Source of the DNA: Dehalococcoidia bacterium
Lineage (GTDB): Bacteria; Chloroflexota; Dehalococcoidia; UBA2979
Direction of reading: 5' to 3'
Assembly: GCA_965262725.1 (NCBI GenBank)
Contig: OZ253555.1
Location: 2,080,001 to 2,144,000 of the forward strand
Length of the DNA stretch: 64,000 nucleotides
Below, in pieces: positions 17,934 through 26,646 of this stretch (its first letter is position 1; each line of letters opens with the position of its first letter). Under the pieces are notes generated by a model, which worked only from the letters and a program-made list of their open reading frames with translations, was not told the origin of the DNA and did not search any database. A program made the position numbers and the translations under genes.

Positions 17934-19076
17934 GTGCGCAGGGGTCTGCTCGCCGCGGTGTGCGCGCTCGGCTGCTGGCTGCTGCTCCCGGCGCCCGCGG
18001 GCGCGGAGCAGCCGGCGGATCCGCTCGCGGCGCTGATCGCCGCCGGCGCTCCGCTCACCTCTGTGGCGCCGCCCTCCGCCTCCGGCCCCGCCGGTCCGGG
18101 TGAGCCCCTCGCGGCGCCGGCCGCCTCGTGGGGCGAGGGAGCGCCCGCCCGCCCCGAGCCGGTCATTCCCGCCCTCCCCTCGCCGGGGGATCTCTTCGGC
18201 GGTCTCGACCCGCGCACCTGGGCGGAAGCGCTCCTGGACGCGTTCGTCGACCTGGTGGGGGAGGCGCTCGTCGGTGCGGCGCGCGGCGTCGTCGACTGGG
18301 CGCTCGGCCTCGGCGGCTCCTCCCTCAACTTCGTCACGCGCACGCCCGAGGCCGGCACCTACGGGAGCACGACGGTGCGCTCGATGTGGGAGGTCTCGCG
18401 CGGCGTCGCCAACGCCGCGCTCGCCGTGATCGCGATGTGGGGCGGCTTCAACGTGATGCTCAGGCAGCACCTCAGGAGCCCCTACCACACCGTGATGGAG
18501 CTCCTCCCGCGCCTGCTGCTGGCCGCGCTCGCCCTCAACCTCTCGCTCGAGTTCGCGAGCCTCCTCATCGACCTCAACAACGCCCTCACGGCGGCCGTCG
18601 GGCAGGGCGGTCTCCCCGGCTACGAGCAGGCCTCCGCCGGGCAGAGCGGCCTCGCGTACGTCGTCGTCGCCCTCGGCTACGCCGTGGTGGCGCTCCTGCT
18701 CGTGCTGCAGATGCTGATGCGCCTTGCGCTCATCGACCTCTTGATCGTGGTGGCCCCGGTGATGGTGCTGCTCTGGGTGCTGCCGCAGACGCAGGGGTGG
18801 GCGCGCTGGTGGGCGCAGCTGCTCCCGCTCACCGTCTTCCAGCAGGCCGTGCAGATGGTCGCGCTGAGGCTCGGCTCCTCGCTGATGGTGGAGCTCACGC
18901 CGGGGCACGCCGCCGACGCGCTCATCACGCTCCTGCTCGGCATCTCGGTGCTCTGGCTGACGCTCCGGGTGCCGTCGCTGCTCCAGGGGCAGCTGCAGCA
19001 GGCCGGGCTCTCGCGCGCGGTCCCGCTCGCCTCGCTCGGCCGCGCCGCCGCCGGCGCCGCGGCGGGGGGGAGGTAG
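17934..19076 (+). CDS. VirB6/TrbL-like conjugal transfer membrane protein
   Basis: Polytopic; LLPRLLLAALALNLS..LIDLNNAL and RLALIDLLIVVAP..LPQTQGWARWW..TVFQQAVQ motifs. Confidence 0.85.
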   Translation: MRRGLLAAVCALGCWLLLPAPAGAEQPADPLAALIAAGAPLTSVAPPSASGPAGPGEPLAAPAASWGEGAPARPEPVIPALPSPGDLFGGLDPRTWAEALLDAFVDLVGEALVGAARGVVDWALGLGGSSLNFVTRTPEAGTYGSTTVRSMWEVSRGVANAALAVIAMWGGFNVMLRQHLRSPYHTVMELLPRLLLAALALNLSLEFASLLIDLNNALTAAVGQGGLPGYEQASAGQSGLAYVVVALGYAVVALLLVLQMLMRLALIDLLIVVAPVMVLLWVLPQTQGWARWWAQLLPLTVFQQAVQMVALRLGSSLMVELTPGHAADALITLLLGISVLWLTLRVPSLLQGQLQQAGLSRAVPLASLGRAAAGAAAGGR

Positions 19077-19309
19077 ACGGTGCGGCGGGTCGCGTTGCTC
19101 GCAGGCTCCAGCCCGGCAGCCCCCGCGCGCCGGGGGACGCCGGCCGCAGCCGGGCTCGCGGCGCTCCCTGTGTGCCACGCGCTCCCGGCCGTGCCCCTCG
19201 CCGCGGCCCCGATTGCGGCCCCGCTCGCGGCGCTGCTCGGGGGCGGCCACGGAGCCGGCCTCCCGGGCCTCGCGCATCCGCTCCCGGCCGCGGCCGCCGG
19301 GGTGGCGTC

Positions 19310-19855
19310 GTGACCGACGGGCGCCGGGCGCGGTACGCGCTGCTCGGGCTCGGCACGGCGCTGCTCGTGCTCGCGGTCGCCTCCGGCTGGAGCGGCACAT
19401 CTCGCCCGGCGGGAGGGGCGGAGGACCGCGCCTCCGTCGCGGCGGCGGCCGGGGCGTTCGTGCGCGCCTACGGCGCCTTCGACCACCGACGGCCGGAGGG
19501 CTACACGAAGCGACTCGCCGCGCTCGCCGCGGGCGATCTCCGCGACGCGCTCGGGGCGGCCTCGGTCGATCCGGGCGTCGTGGCGGCGGGGCGACTCAGC
19601 ACGGCCCGGGTCGAGTCGGTCCGGGTCACGTCGCTCTCCGGCAGCTCGGCCGGGGCGTCGGTGCGCTCGCGGCACCAGCGCAGCTGGACCGACCCGGCCA
19701 CGGGGAGGGCCGTCCGGGAGGCGGTCACCCAGCACGCCGCGCTCCGGCTCGTCCGCGATGGCGATCGGTGGCTCGTGGCGGGGCTGGCGCTGGTGAGGGA
19801 GGAGCCGGCGGCGCCGCCGCCGGCGGAGAGGGCGGGCGCGGCAGGCGCCCGCTGA
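19310..19855 (+). CDS. Bitopic NTF2-fold protein, VirB8/TcpC-like
   Basis: GTG at 19310; one TM helix, AAGAFVRAYGAFD and LRLVRDGDRWLV; lies between VirB6 and the pilin. Confidence 0.6.
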   Translation: MTDGRRARYALLGLGTALLVLAVASGWSGTSRPAGGAEDRASVAAAAGAFVRAYGAFDHRRPEGYTKRLAALAAGDLRDALGAASVDPGVVAAGRLSTARVESVRVTSLSGSSAGASVRSRHQRSWTDPATGRAVREAVTQHAALRLVRDGDRWLVAGLALVREEPAAPPPAERAGAAGAR

Positions 19856-19868
19856 GGGAGGAGTCGGA

Positions 19869-20099
19869 ATGGATCAGGTCAACACGCTCTTCGAGAACCT
19901 GCTGAACATCGGGATCGGTGTCTCGGCGGCGGTCTCGGCCTTCTTCGTGATGTGGGGGGCCTTCCTCTACATGACGGCGGGTGGATCGCCCCGCCAGATG
20001 GAGACCGCCAAGACCGCGATCGTGAACGCGCTCGGCGGCCTCGCGATCGTGCTGCTCGCGCGCGTGATCGCGGGCATGGTGCAGGGCGCGATGGCATGA
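19869..20099 (+). CDS. VirB2/TrbC-like conjugative pilin
   Basis: 76 aa, two TM helices, FLYMTAGGSPRQMETAKTAIVNALGG. Confidence 0.85.
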   Translation: MDQVNTLFENLLNIGIGVSAAVSAFFVMWGAFLYMTAGGSPRQMETAKTAIVNALGGLAIVLLARVIAGMVQGAMA

Positions 20100-20494
20100 G
20101 CCCTCGCCACGAGATCCCGACCCACCTCGCCGTCGCCGACGGCGCCTTCGGGGGCCTCACGATGCGCCAGCTGCTCTCGGCGGCGGCGGGGCTCGCCCTC
20201 GCCTACGGAGCGCTGAGCGATCTCCCGCTGCCGCTCCCGCTCCGCCTGGCCGCCTGCGCGCTCGTGCTCGCGGCGACGCTCGCGCTCGTGCTCTGGCGGC
20301 CGGCCGGGCGGCCGCTCGAGGAGTGGGCGTTCGTGCTGCTGCGCTACCACGCGGCGCCCCGCGTCGCGGTGTGGCGGCCTCGCGAGCCCGGGCCGCTCCC
20401 GGACGGTCCGCGCGAGGTCGTGCTGGCGCCGCCGGGGCGGCGCCCGGATCCCGATGCGGCGACGAGAGGAGGGATGCATGCGCTCACCCCGTAG
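20096..20494 (+). CDS. PrgI (VirB3-like) family protein
   Basis: HEIPTHLAVADGAFGGLTMRQ, two TM helices, GRPLEEW. Confidence 0.85.
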   Translation: MSPRHEIPTHLAVADGAFGGLTMRQLLSAAAGLALAYGALSDLPLPLPLRLAACALVLAATLALVLWRPAGRPLEEWAFVLLRYHAAPRVAVWRPREPGPLPDGPREVVLAPPGRRPDPDAATRGGMHALTP

Positions 20495-21191
20495 CCCGCT
20501 GCGGCGCCTCGCGAGCGTGCAGGAGCAGCTGCCGCTCGAGGAGATCGCGGGCGACGTCGCGCGGCTGCGCGGCGGCGAGCACCGCGCCGTCCTCGAGACC
20601 GGCTCGGTTCCCTTCGAACTGCGGTCGGAGGGGGAACGGGAGGCGATCCTCGCCGGCTACCGGCGCTTCCTGAACGGGCTCGACTACCCCCTGCAGGTGC
20701 TGGTGCGGGTCGTCCCGGCCGACGTCGAGGGCTACCTCGCCGGCCTGGCGGGGGCCCGGCGGGGCGATGAGGCGCTGCGCCGGCTCGCTCTCGACCACGC
20801 GGCGTTCGTGCGGCGCATCGCGCGCGAGCGGACGCTGCTCGACCGCCGCTTCTACGTCGTGGTGCCGGCGGGCGGGGACGCCGTCCCGGAGTCCGGCGGC
20901 TTCCGGCCGGGGATCCTGCCGTGGCGCCGCGGCCCGGGCGTCGAGCGGGGGCCGGGCGAGGCCGCCCGGGCCCGGCGCACGCTCTCCCTGCGCTGCGGCG
21001 AGGTGGTGCGCGGTCTCGGATCGTTCGGGGTCGGTGCGCGCCGCCTCGGCGGGGAGGAGCTCGCCTCGCTCTGGAGGGAGGTGCTCGCGGGCGCGACCGG
21101 GGGCTCGCCGACCGCGCTGCTGGTCGCCCCCCTGGCCGCAACGCCCGTCGTCGTCCGGGAGAGCTCCCGGTCGGAGGCCGACCGTGCGTAG
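20478..21191 (+). CDS. VirB4-associated cytoplasmic protein
   Basis: RAVLETGSVPFELRSEGEREAI..FLNGLDYPLQVLV..RRFYVVVP; family usually found between PrgI and VirB4. Confidence 0.75.
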   Translation: MRSPRSPLRRLASVQEQLPLEEIAGDVARLRGGEHRAVLETGSVPFELRSEGEREAILAGYRRFLNGLDYPLQVLVRVVPADVEGYLAGLAGARRGDEALRRLALDHAAFVRRIARERTLLDRRFYVVVPAGGDAVPESGGFRPGILPWRRGPGVERGPGEAARARRTLSLRCGEVVRGLGSFGVGARRLGGEELASLWREVLAGATGGSPTALLVAPLAATPVVVRESSRSEADRA

Positions 21192-23031
21192 CGCCGCGGC
21201 ATGGTTCACCGGGCGGCGGGAGGCGCGGGCCGGCGCCGGGGCGGCACGCTTCGCGGACGGCGAGCGCTCGGCGGTCGACCTGGTCGCGCCGTCCGCCGTC
21301 GAGGAGCGGCGCGACCGCCTGGAGATCGACGGGCGGCCCGAGCGCGTGCTGGCGCTCACCGGCTACCCGCGCCAGGTGGTCCCAAACTGGCTCGGCCGGC
21401 TCATCGACGCGGACGAGCCGCTCGACCTGAGCCTCCACCTGGAGCCGCTCGACTCGCGGGAGGCGATCCGCGGCCTCACGCACCGCCTCGTCGAGCTCGA
21501 GTCGTCGCGGATGCTCGACGCGAGGGGCGGCCGCATCGCCCCGGCGGAGCGCGAGGTCGCCCGCGGGGATGTCGAGCGCCTCCGCGACGCGCTCGAGCGC
21601 GGCGACGAGCGCGTCTTCTCGGCGGCGCTCTACCTGAGGCTCGGGCGTGGCTCCGGGCGCGAGCTCGACCGCGCGACCGCGCGCGCCCGGGCGACGCTCG
21701 CGGGGATGATGGCGGAGGCGCGGCCGGCGCTCTACGAGATGATGCCGGGGCTCCTCTCCTGCCTCCCCGCCGGCCAGGATCACCTCGGCCGCCGCCGCAA
21801 CCTCGACACCTCGAGCGCCGCGACGATGATCCCCTTCGTCTCGAACCGGCTCGCCGCGCCCGGCGGCCTCCTCTACGGGGAGAGCGTGGAGGGCGGCTCG
21901 CTCGTGATCGTCGACCCCTTCGGGCCCGACCAGGAGAACGCCAATCGGGTCGTCTTCGCCAAAAGCGGCGCCGGCAAGTCGTTCGCCTGCAAGGTCGAGG
22001 CGCTCCGGGCGCTCCTGCTCGGCATCGACTACTGCGTCATCGACCCCGAGGGCGAGTACGGGCGCATCTGCGAGGCCGTGGGCGGAGAGCTGATCCGCCT
22101 CTCCGCCCGGGCGCCCCACCGCGTCAACCCCTTCGACCTGCCGCCCGCGGGCGGCGGGGAGCGCCACGACGTGCTCGCGGAGCGCGTCGTGGCGCTGCAG
22201 GGGCTGCTCGCGCTCATGCTCGCCGAGCCCGGCGGCCGGCTCGGGCAGGACGAGCGCGGCGTGCTCGACCGCGCCCTCTACGAGAGCTACCGCCGCGCGG
22301 GGATCACCGCCGACCCGGCGACGCACGGCCGCCCCGCGCCGCTGATGCGCGACCTGCTCTCCGTGCTCGAGGAGTCGGGGGCGCCCCACGGCCTCGCGGC
22401 GAGGCTCCGGCGCTACGTCTCGGGGAGCCTCGGCCGTCTCTTCTCGGAGGCGACCACGGCCGACCTCGACCGGCCGTTCGTGGTCTTCGACCTGAGCGCG
22501 CTCGACGAGGAGCTGCGACCCGTCGCCACCTACCTCATCGCCGACCACCTCTGGGCGCGGGCCGCGCGCGACCCGAGGCCGCGGATGCTCCTCGTCGACG
22601 AGGCCTGGTCTCTGATGCGGCACCCCGAGGGGGCGCGCTTCCTGGCGCAGCTCGCGCGGCGGGCCCGCAAGCGCTGGCTCGGGCTCACCGCGGTGACGCA
22701 GGACGTGGAGGATTTCCTCGCCTCGCCCGAGGGCCACACCGTCCTCGCCAACAGCTCGACGCAGCTGCTGATGCGCCAGGACAGCTCCACCATCGCGCTC
22801 GTCCAGGAGACCTTCGGGCTCTCTTCCGCCGAGCGCTCCTTCCTGCTGGCCTGCGGCCGCGGCGAGGGACTGCTGCTCGCGCGCGGCACGCACGTCGCGC
22901 TCCGCGTCGTGGCGAGCCCGCTTGAGCACGAGCTCGCGACGACAGACCCGGAGTTCCTCGCGTCCCGGGGCCGATCCGGGGCGACCGACCCCGCGGAACG
23001 CGCGATGGAGATGACGGAGGGTGAGCCATGA
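21184..23031 (+). CDS. virB4: VirB4-like conjugation ATPase
   Basis: Walker A AKSGAGKS, IDPEGEY, Walker B LLVDEAW, ARRARK..TQDVEDF. Confidence 0.92.
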   Translation: MRSAAAWFTGRREARAGAGAARFADGERSAVDLVAPSAVEERRDRLEIDGRPERVLALTGYPRQVVPNWLGRLIDADEPLDLSLHLEPLDSREAIRGLTHRLVELESSRMLDARGGRIAPAEREVARGDVERLRDALERGDERVFSAALYLRLGRGSGRELDRATARARATLAGMMAEARPALYEMMPGLLSCLPAGQDHLGRRRNLDTSSAATMIPFVSNRLAAPGGLLYGESVEGGSLVIVDPFGPDQENANRVVFAKSGAGKSFACKVEALRALLLGIDYCVIDPEGEYGRICEAVGGELIRLSARAPHRVNPFDLPPAGGGERHDVLAERVVALQGLLALMLAEPGGRLGQDERGVLDRALYESYRRAGITADPATHGRPAPLMRDLLSVLEESGAPHGLAARLRRYVSGSLGRLFSEATTADLDRPFVVFDLSALDEELRPVATYLIADHLWARAARDPRPRMLLVDEAWSLMRHPEGARFLAQLARRARKRWLGLTAVTQDVEDFLASPEGHTVLANSSTQLLMRQDSSTIALVQETFGLSSAERSFLLACGRGEGLLLARGTHVALRVVASPLEHELATTDPEFLASRGRSGATDPAERAMEMTEGEP

Positions 23032-24140
23032 GTCACATCGACATCGAGCAGCTGAAGCGCGCCAGCCCGATCGCCGCGGTCGTGGAGCGGCACGGGGTCG
23101 AGCTGCGCCGCGCGGGGACGCACCTCAGCGGGCGCTGTCCCTTCCACGAGGACCGGAACCCGAGCTTCTGCGTCTACCCCGAGACGGAGTCCTTCCACTG
23201 CTTCGGGTGCGGCGCGCGCGGCGACGTGATCGACTTCGTGCGCCGCGCCTCGGGGCTCGGCTTCCGCGAGGCGCTCGAACGCCTGGGCCGGACGGGCGCT
23301 CCGCACGCGGCGTCCGGGCCGCCACCGCCGCCGGCACGTCGCGAGCGGGTCCCGGCCCTCTCGCTCGACGACCGGCTGATGCTGACGGCGGCGTCTGAGC
23401 TCTACCACGAGACGCTGCTGGAGACGCCGGAGGCGCTCCGCCACCTGGAGGGGCGCGGGATCCCGGCGTGGCTCACGCGCTCGCGCCGCCTCGGCCTCTC
23501 GGACGGCCGCCGGCTCGTCCCCTACCTGAAGCGCCGCCGGCTCAGCCTGAAGCGGGCGCAGGAGCTCGGCCTGCTCCACCGGGGCGGCGCCGAGACGATG
23601 ACGGGGCGCATCGTGATCCCCGATCTCCGCGGTTCGCACTGCGGCTGGATGGTCGGGCGCGCGACGTCCGAGGAGCGCACGCCGAAGTACCGCGGCCTCG
23701 CGCTGCCGCGGCCGCTGCTCGGCTACGAGCGCGGCCGCCGCCGCCTCTTCGTGACCGAGGGCCCCTTCGACTGGCTGACGCTCGCCGGATGGGGGCTTCC
23801 CGCCTGCGCGCTGCTCGGAACCCAGCCCGGCGGCGGCGCGATGCGCCTGCTCGAGCGCGCTCGCTCGGTGGTGCTGGTGATGGACGGAGACGATCCGGGG
23901 CGCCGGGCGGCGGCGGCGCTCGCCGGCCTGCTGGACGGGCGCGCCCGCGTCCTGGAGCTCCCCCCGGGCGTCAAGGACGTGAACGAGCTGGGCACGCGAC
24001 CCGGTGGCCGCGAGACGTTCTTCCGGCTGCTCGACGCGGAGAGGGAGGCGCAGGCCGACATGGAGGGAGGCGCACATGGGGACGCACAGGGAAGTGCACG
24101 TGGGGACGTTCCGGGGGACGGCGATGCGCCCTCCCGCTGA
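23028..24140 (+). CDS. DNA primase (CHC2 zinc finger + Toprim)
   Basis: CPFHEDRNPSF..FHCFGCG..GDVIDF; FVTEGPFD; MDGDDPG; KDVNE. Confidence 0.92.
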   Translation: MSHIDIEQLKRASPIAAVVERHGVELRRAGTHLSGRCPFHEDRNPSFCVYPETESFHCFGCGARGDVIDFVRRASGLGFREALERLGRTGAPHAASGPPPPPARRERVPALSLDDRLMLTAASELYHETLLETPEALRHLEGRGIPAWLTRSRRLGLSDGRRLVPYLKRRRLSLKRAQELGLLHRGGAETMTGRIVIPDLRGSHCGWMVGRATSEERTPKYRGLALPRPLLGYERGRRRLFVTEGPFDWLTLAGWGLPACALLGTQPGGGAMRLLERARSVVLVMDGDDPGRRAAAALAGLLDGRARVLELPPGVKDVNELGTRPGGRETFFRLLDAEREAQADMEGGAHGDAQGSARGDVPGDGDAPSR

Positions 24141-26646
24141 GAGCTTGCATCTTGCCGAGGTGGTGCCGCCGCGCGACCTGGAGGGGGGCATCACGGCCGC
24201 CCGGGGCATGCTGCGCGCGCTCGCCGGGGAGCGCCTCTCGCTCGAGATCGTCGTCGACGCGGAGGGGCCGCGCTGGTACCTGCGCGCGGAGGCGCGGGCG
24301 GACCTCGAGCGTGCCCTCGCGCAGCTGAGGGCCGCCTACCCGCAGGCGCGCGCCGAGGAGATCCCCCCGGGGCGGCCCGAGCTGGATCCGGCTCGACCGC
24401 TCGGAGAGGAGCGATCCGTACTCGTCGAGCTCCGCCACCTGGCCGAGCCGGCGCTCCCCCTCCGCGCCGACTGGCGCCACGACCCCGATCCGCTCACCGG
24501 GCTCGTGGCGGGGATCGCGCCGGATGCGACGGAGCGCGTCGTCGTGAGGCTCTCGCTCGCTCCCGCTCCGCGGGGCGCCGACGCGCGTATCCGCCGCCGC
24601 GCCGCGCCCGCCGTCCGGGAATGGCGCGAACCGTCGGCGCCGCGCGGGCCGAGCCCCGTCCCGATGGTCGCCCTGCTCGCGCTCGTCGCCGGCGGGCTCC
24701 AGGGCTGGCGCTGGTGGGTGGAGGGCGAGTGGGAGCTCCTCGCCGCGGGAGGCGCGGGCGCTCTCGTCGCGCTGCCCGCCGCCGCCGCGCTCGCCGTCCG
24801 CCTCCGGCGCCGCCCCGACCCGCTCCCGCCGCAGCTCGTCGAGCAGAAGCTCGCGGCGCCGCTCGCCGCCGCGAGGCTTCAGGTGCTCGCGATCGGCGGC
24901 CGGCACGCGGACGGCGGGCGGCTGCGCCGGCTCGCGTCGCAGGCGGCCTCCTCCTACGAGGGCTACGACGGCGCCGCGGGCGGCGGCCTCCGGCCCGGGC
25001 GCGCGCGCCCGGCGCGCCGCGGCAAAGCGGGGCGACTGCCCCTTCTCCTCAACACCGACGAGCTCGCCGCGCTCTGGCACCTGCCCGACGAGGCGGCCGC
25101 GCCGGCCGGCGTTCGGCGCACGACCGCCCGGCGCCTCGCGCCCGCTCCGGGCCATGCGCGGCGGGGGGCGCGCGTCGGCCGGGCAGACGCCGGCGGCCGG
25201 TCGGTCCCGGTGTACATGCCGCAGCCGCTCCTCCACCGCAACCAGCTCATCGTCGCGAAGACCCGCCGCGGCAAGTCGACGCTGCTCCGGCACCTCGCCG
25301 CCTCCGTGATGGAGGGGGTGGGCCCGGAGGAGACGGCGCTGGTCGTGGTCGACCCGCACCAGGACCTCGCCGAGGCGGTGCTCGCGGCCGTCCCGCCGGA
25401 GCTCTCGGAGCGCACGACCTACCTCGACTTCGCGAACCCGGAGCGGCCCGTCGGCCTCAACCTCCTGGACCGGGGCCTCTTCCCGGACCGCGACCGCACG
25501 ACCGAGCACGTCGTCACGATGATGAACAGGCTCTGGCCGGCCAACTGGGGGCCGCGCATGGAGGGGGCGCTCCGCGCCTCGCTGCTCGCGCTGCTCGACG
25601 CGAACTTGCAGTACGGGCGGGACGAGCAATTCACGCTGCTCGACGTGGCGCCGCTTCTCACCGACCGGGAGTTCCGCGAGGGCGTGCTCGACCAGGTGCG
25701 GGACCCGGCGGTGCGCGCCTGGTGGCGCGACAACTACGACCGCGTCGGGCGCGTGCTGCAGCAGCAGACGGCGAACCCGGTCACCTCGAAGATCGGCCGC
25801 TTCACGGTCACCGAGGCCTCGCGCCTGGTCTTCGGGCAGGCGCGCTCCACCTTCGATCCGCGCGAGATCGTGCGGGAGGGCGGCGTGCTCGTCGTCAACA
25901 CCGCCACGGGTGCGCTCGGCGAGGGCGCCTCGGCGCTCGTCGGGGCGACGCTCCTCAACCTGCTCGGGCTGCTGGTCGAGGAGCAGGTGGCGCTCCCGCC
26001 GGAGCGCCGGCGCAAGGTCATCGGCCTGGTCGACGAGTCGAGCACGCTCGGCGCGGTCGACTACCCGCGGATGCTCTCCGAGCTCGGCAAGTACGGCGCG
26101 AGCTTCGTGCTGGTGACGCAGTCGCTCGCGAAGCTCGACGCCGTCGACCGCAACCTCGCGCCGACGCTTTTCGCCAACACCGACGGGCTCACCGTCTTCG
26201 GGGTGAGCGCCGAGGACGCGAGGCGCCTCGTGCCCGAGCTCGGGAGCGGTATTGAGGTCGCTGACCTGGTCTCGCTCGACGACTTCACGTGCTACGCGCG
26301 GTGGTGGGACGGGCGCACCCGGCCTCCGGCCTTCTCGTTCCGGGTCGACCCGCCACCGGCCGCCCTCCCCGGGCGTGCCGAGGCGATCGCCCGCCGCTCG
26401 GCGGAGCGCGTGGGACGGCCGCGCGAGCTCGTGGCGCGGGAGGTCGACGAGGCGCTCGCGGAGCGCTCGCCCGCCGGGCGGCGGGGCCGGGCGCGGGCGT
26501 CCGGGGAGGAGCTGGCCGGGCGGGCGATCGAGGGAGCCGTGCGGGTCGCGCTGGATGCGGGGGGCCACGAGGCGGGCGATACGTCCGGGACCGCAGCGCC
26601 TGCGCGCCGCGGCCGCGGCAACGCCCAGAGGGGGGCGGCCACGTGA
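24076..26646 (+). CDS. VirD4/TraD-like type IV coupling protein
   Basis: RBS GGAGGGAGG; two TM helices; Walker A AKTRRGKS, VVVDPHQDL, GLNLLD, LVDES, SELGKYG..TQSL. Confidence 0.85.
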   Translation: MGTHREVHVGTFRGTAMRPPAESLHLAEVVPPRDLEGGITAARGMLRALAGERLSLEIVVDAEGPRWYLRAEARADLERALAQLRAAYPQARAEEIPPGRPELDPARPLGEERSVLVELRHLAEPALPLRADWRHDPDPLTGLVAGIAPDATERVVVRLSLAPAPRGADARIRRRAAPAVREWREPSAPRGPSPVPMVALLALVAGGLQGWRWWVEGEWELLAAGGAGALVALPAAAALAVRLRRRPDPLPPQLVEQKLAAPLAAARLQVLAIGGRHADGGRLRRLASQAASSYEGYDGAAGGGLRPGRARPARRGKAGRLPLLLNTDELAALWHLPDEAAAPAGVRRTTARRLAPAPGHARRGARVGRADAGGRSVPVYMPQPLLHRNQLIVAKTRRGKSTLLRHLAASVMEGVGPEETALVVVDPHQDLAEAVLAAVPPELSERTTYLDFANPERPVGLNLLDRGLFPDRDRTTEHVVTMMNRLWPANWGPRMEGALRASLLALLDANLQYGRDEQFTLLDVAPLLTDREFREGVLDQVRDPAVRAWWRDNYDRVGRVLQQQTANPVTSKIGRFTVTEASRLVFGQARSTFDPREIVREGGVLVVNTATGALGEGASALVGATLLNLLGLLVEEQVALPPERRRKVIGLVDESSTLGAVDYPRMLSELGKYGASFVLVTQSLAKLDAVDRNLAPTLFANTDGLTVFGVSAEDARRLVPELGSGIEVADLVSLDDFTCYARWWDGRTRPPAFSFRVDPPPAALPGRAEAIARRSAERVGRPRELVAREVDEALAERSPAGRRGRARASGEELAGRAIEGAVRVALDAGGHEAGDTSGTAAPARRGRGNAQRGAAT

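Noticed and set aside
19080-19313. 77-aa Ala/Pro-rich ORF between virB6 and the virB8-like gene
   Set aside because: No motif or RBS; may be a frameshifted virB6 tail, cannot be supported
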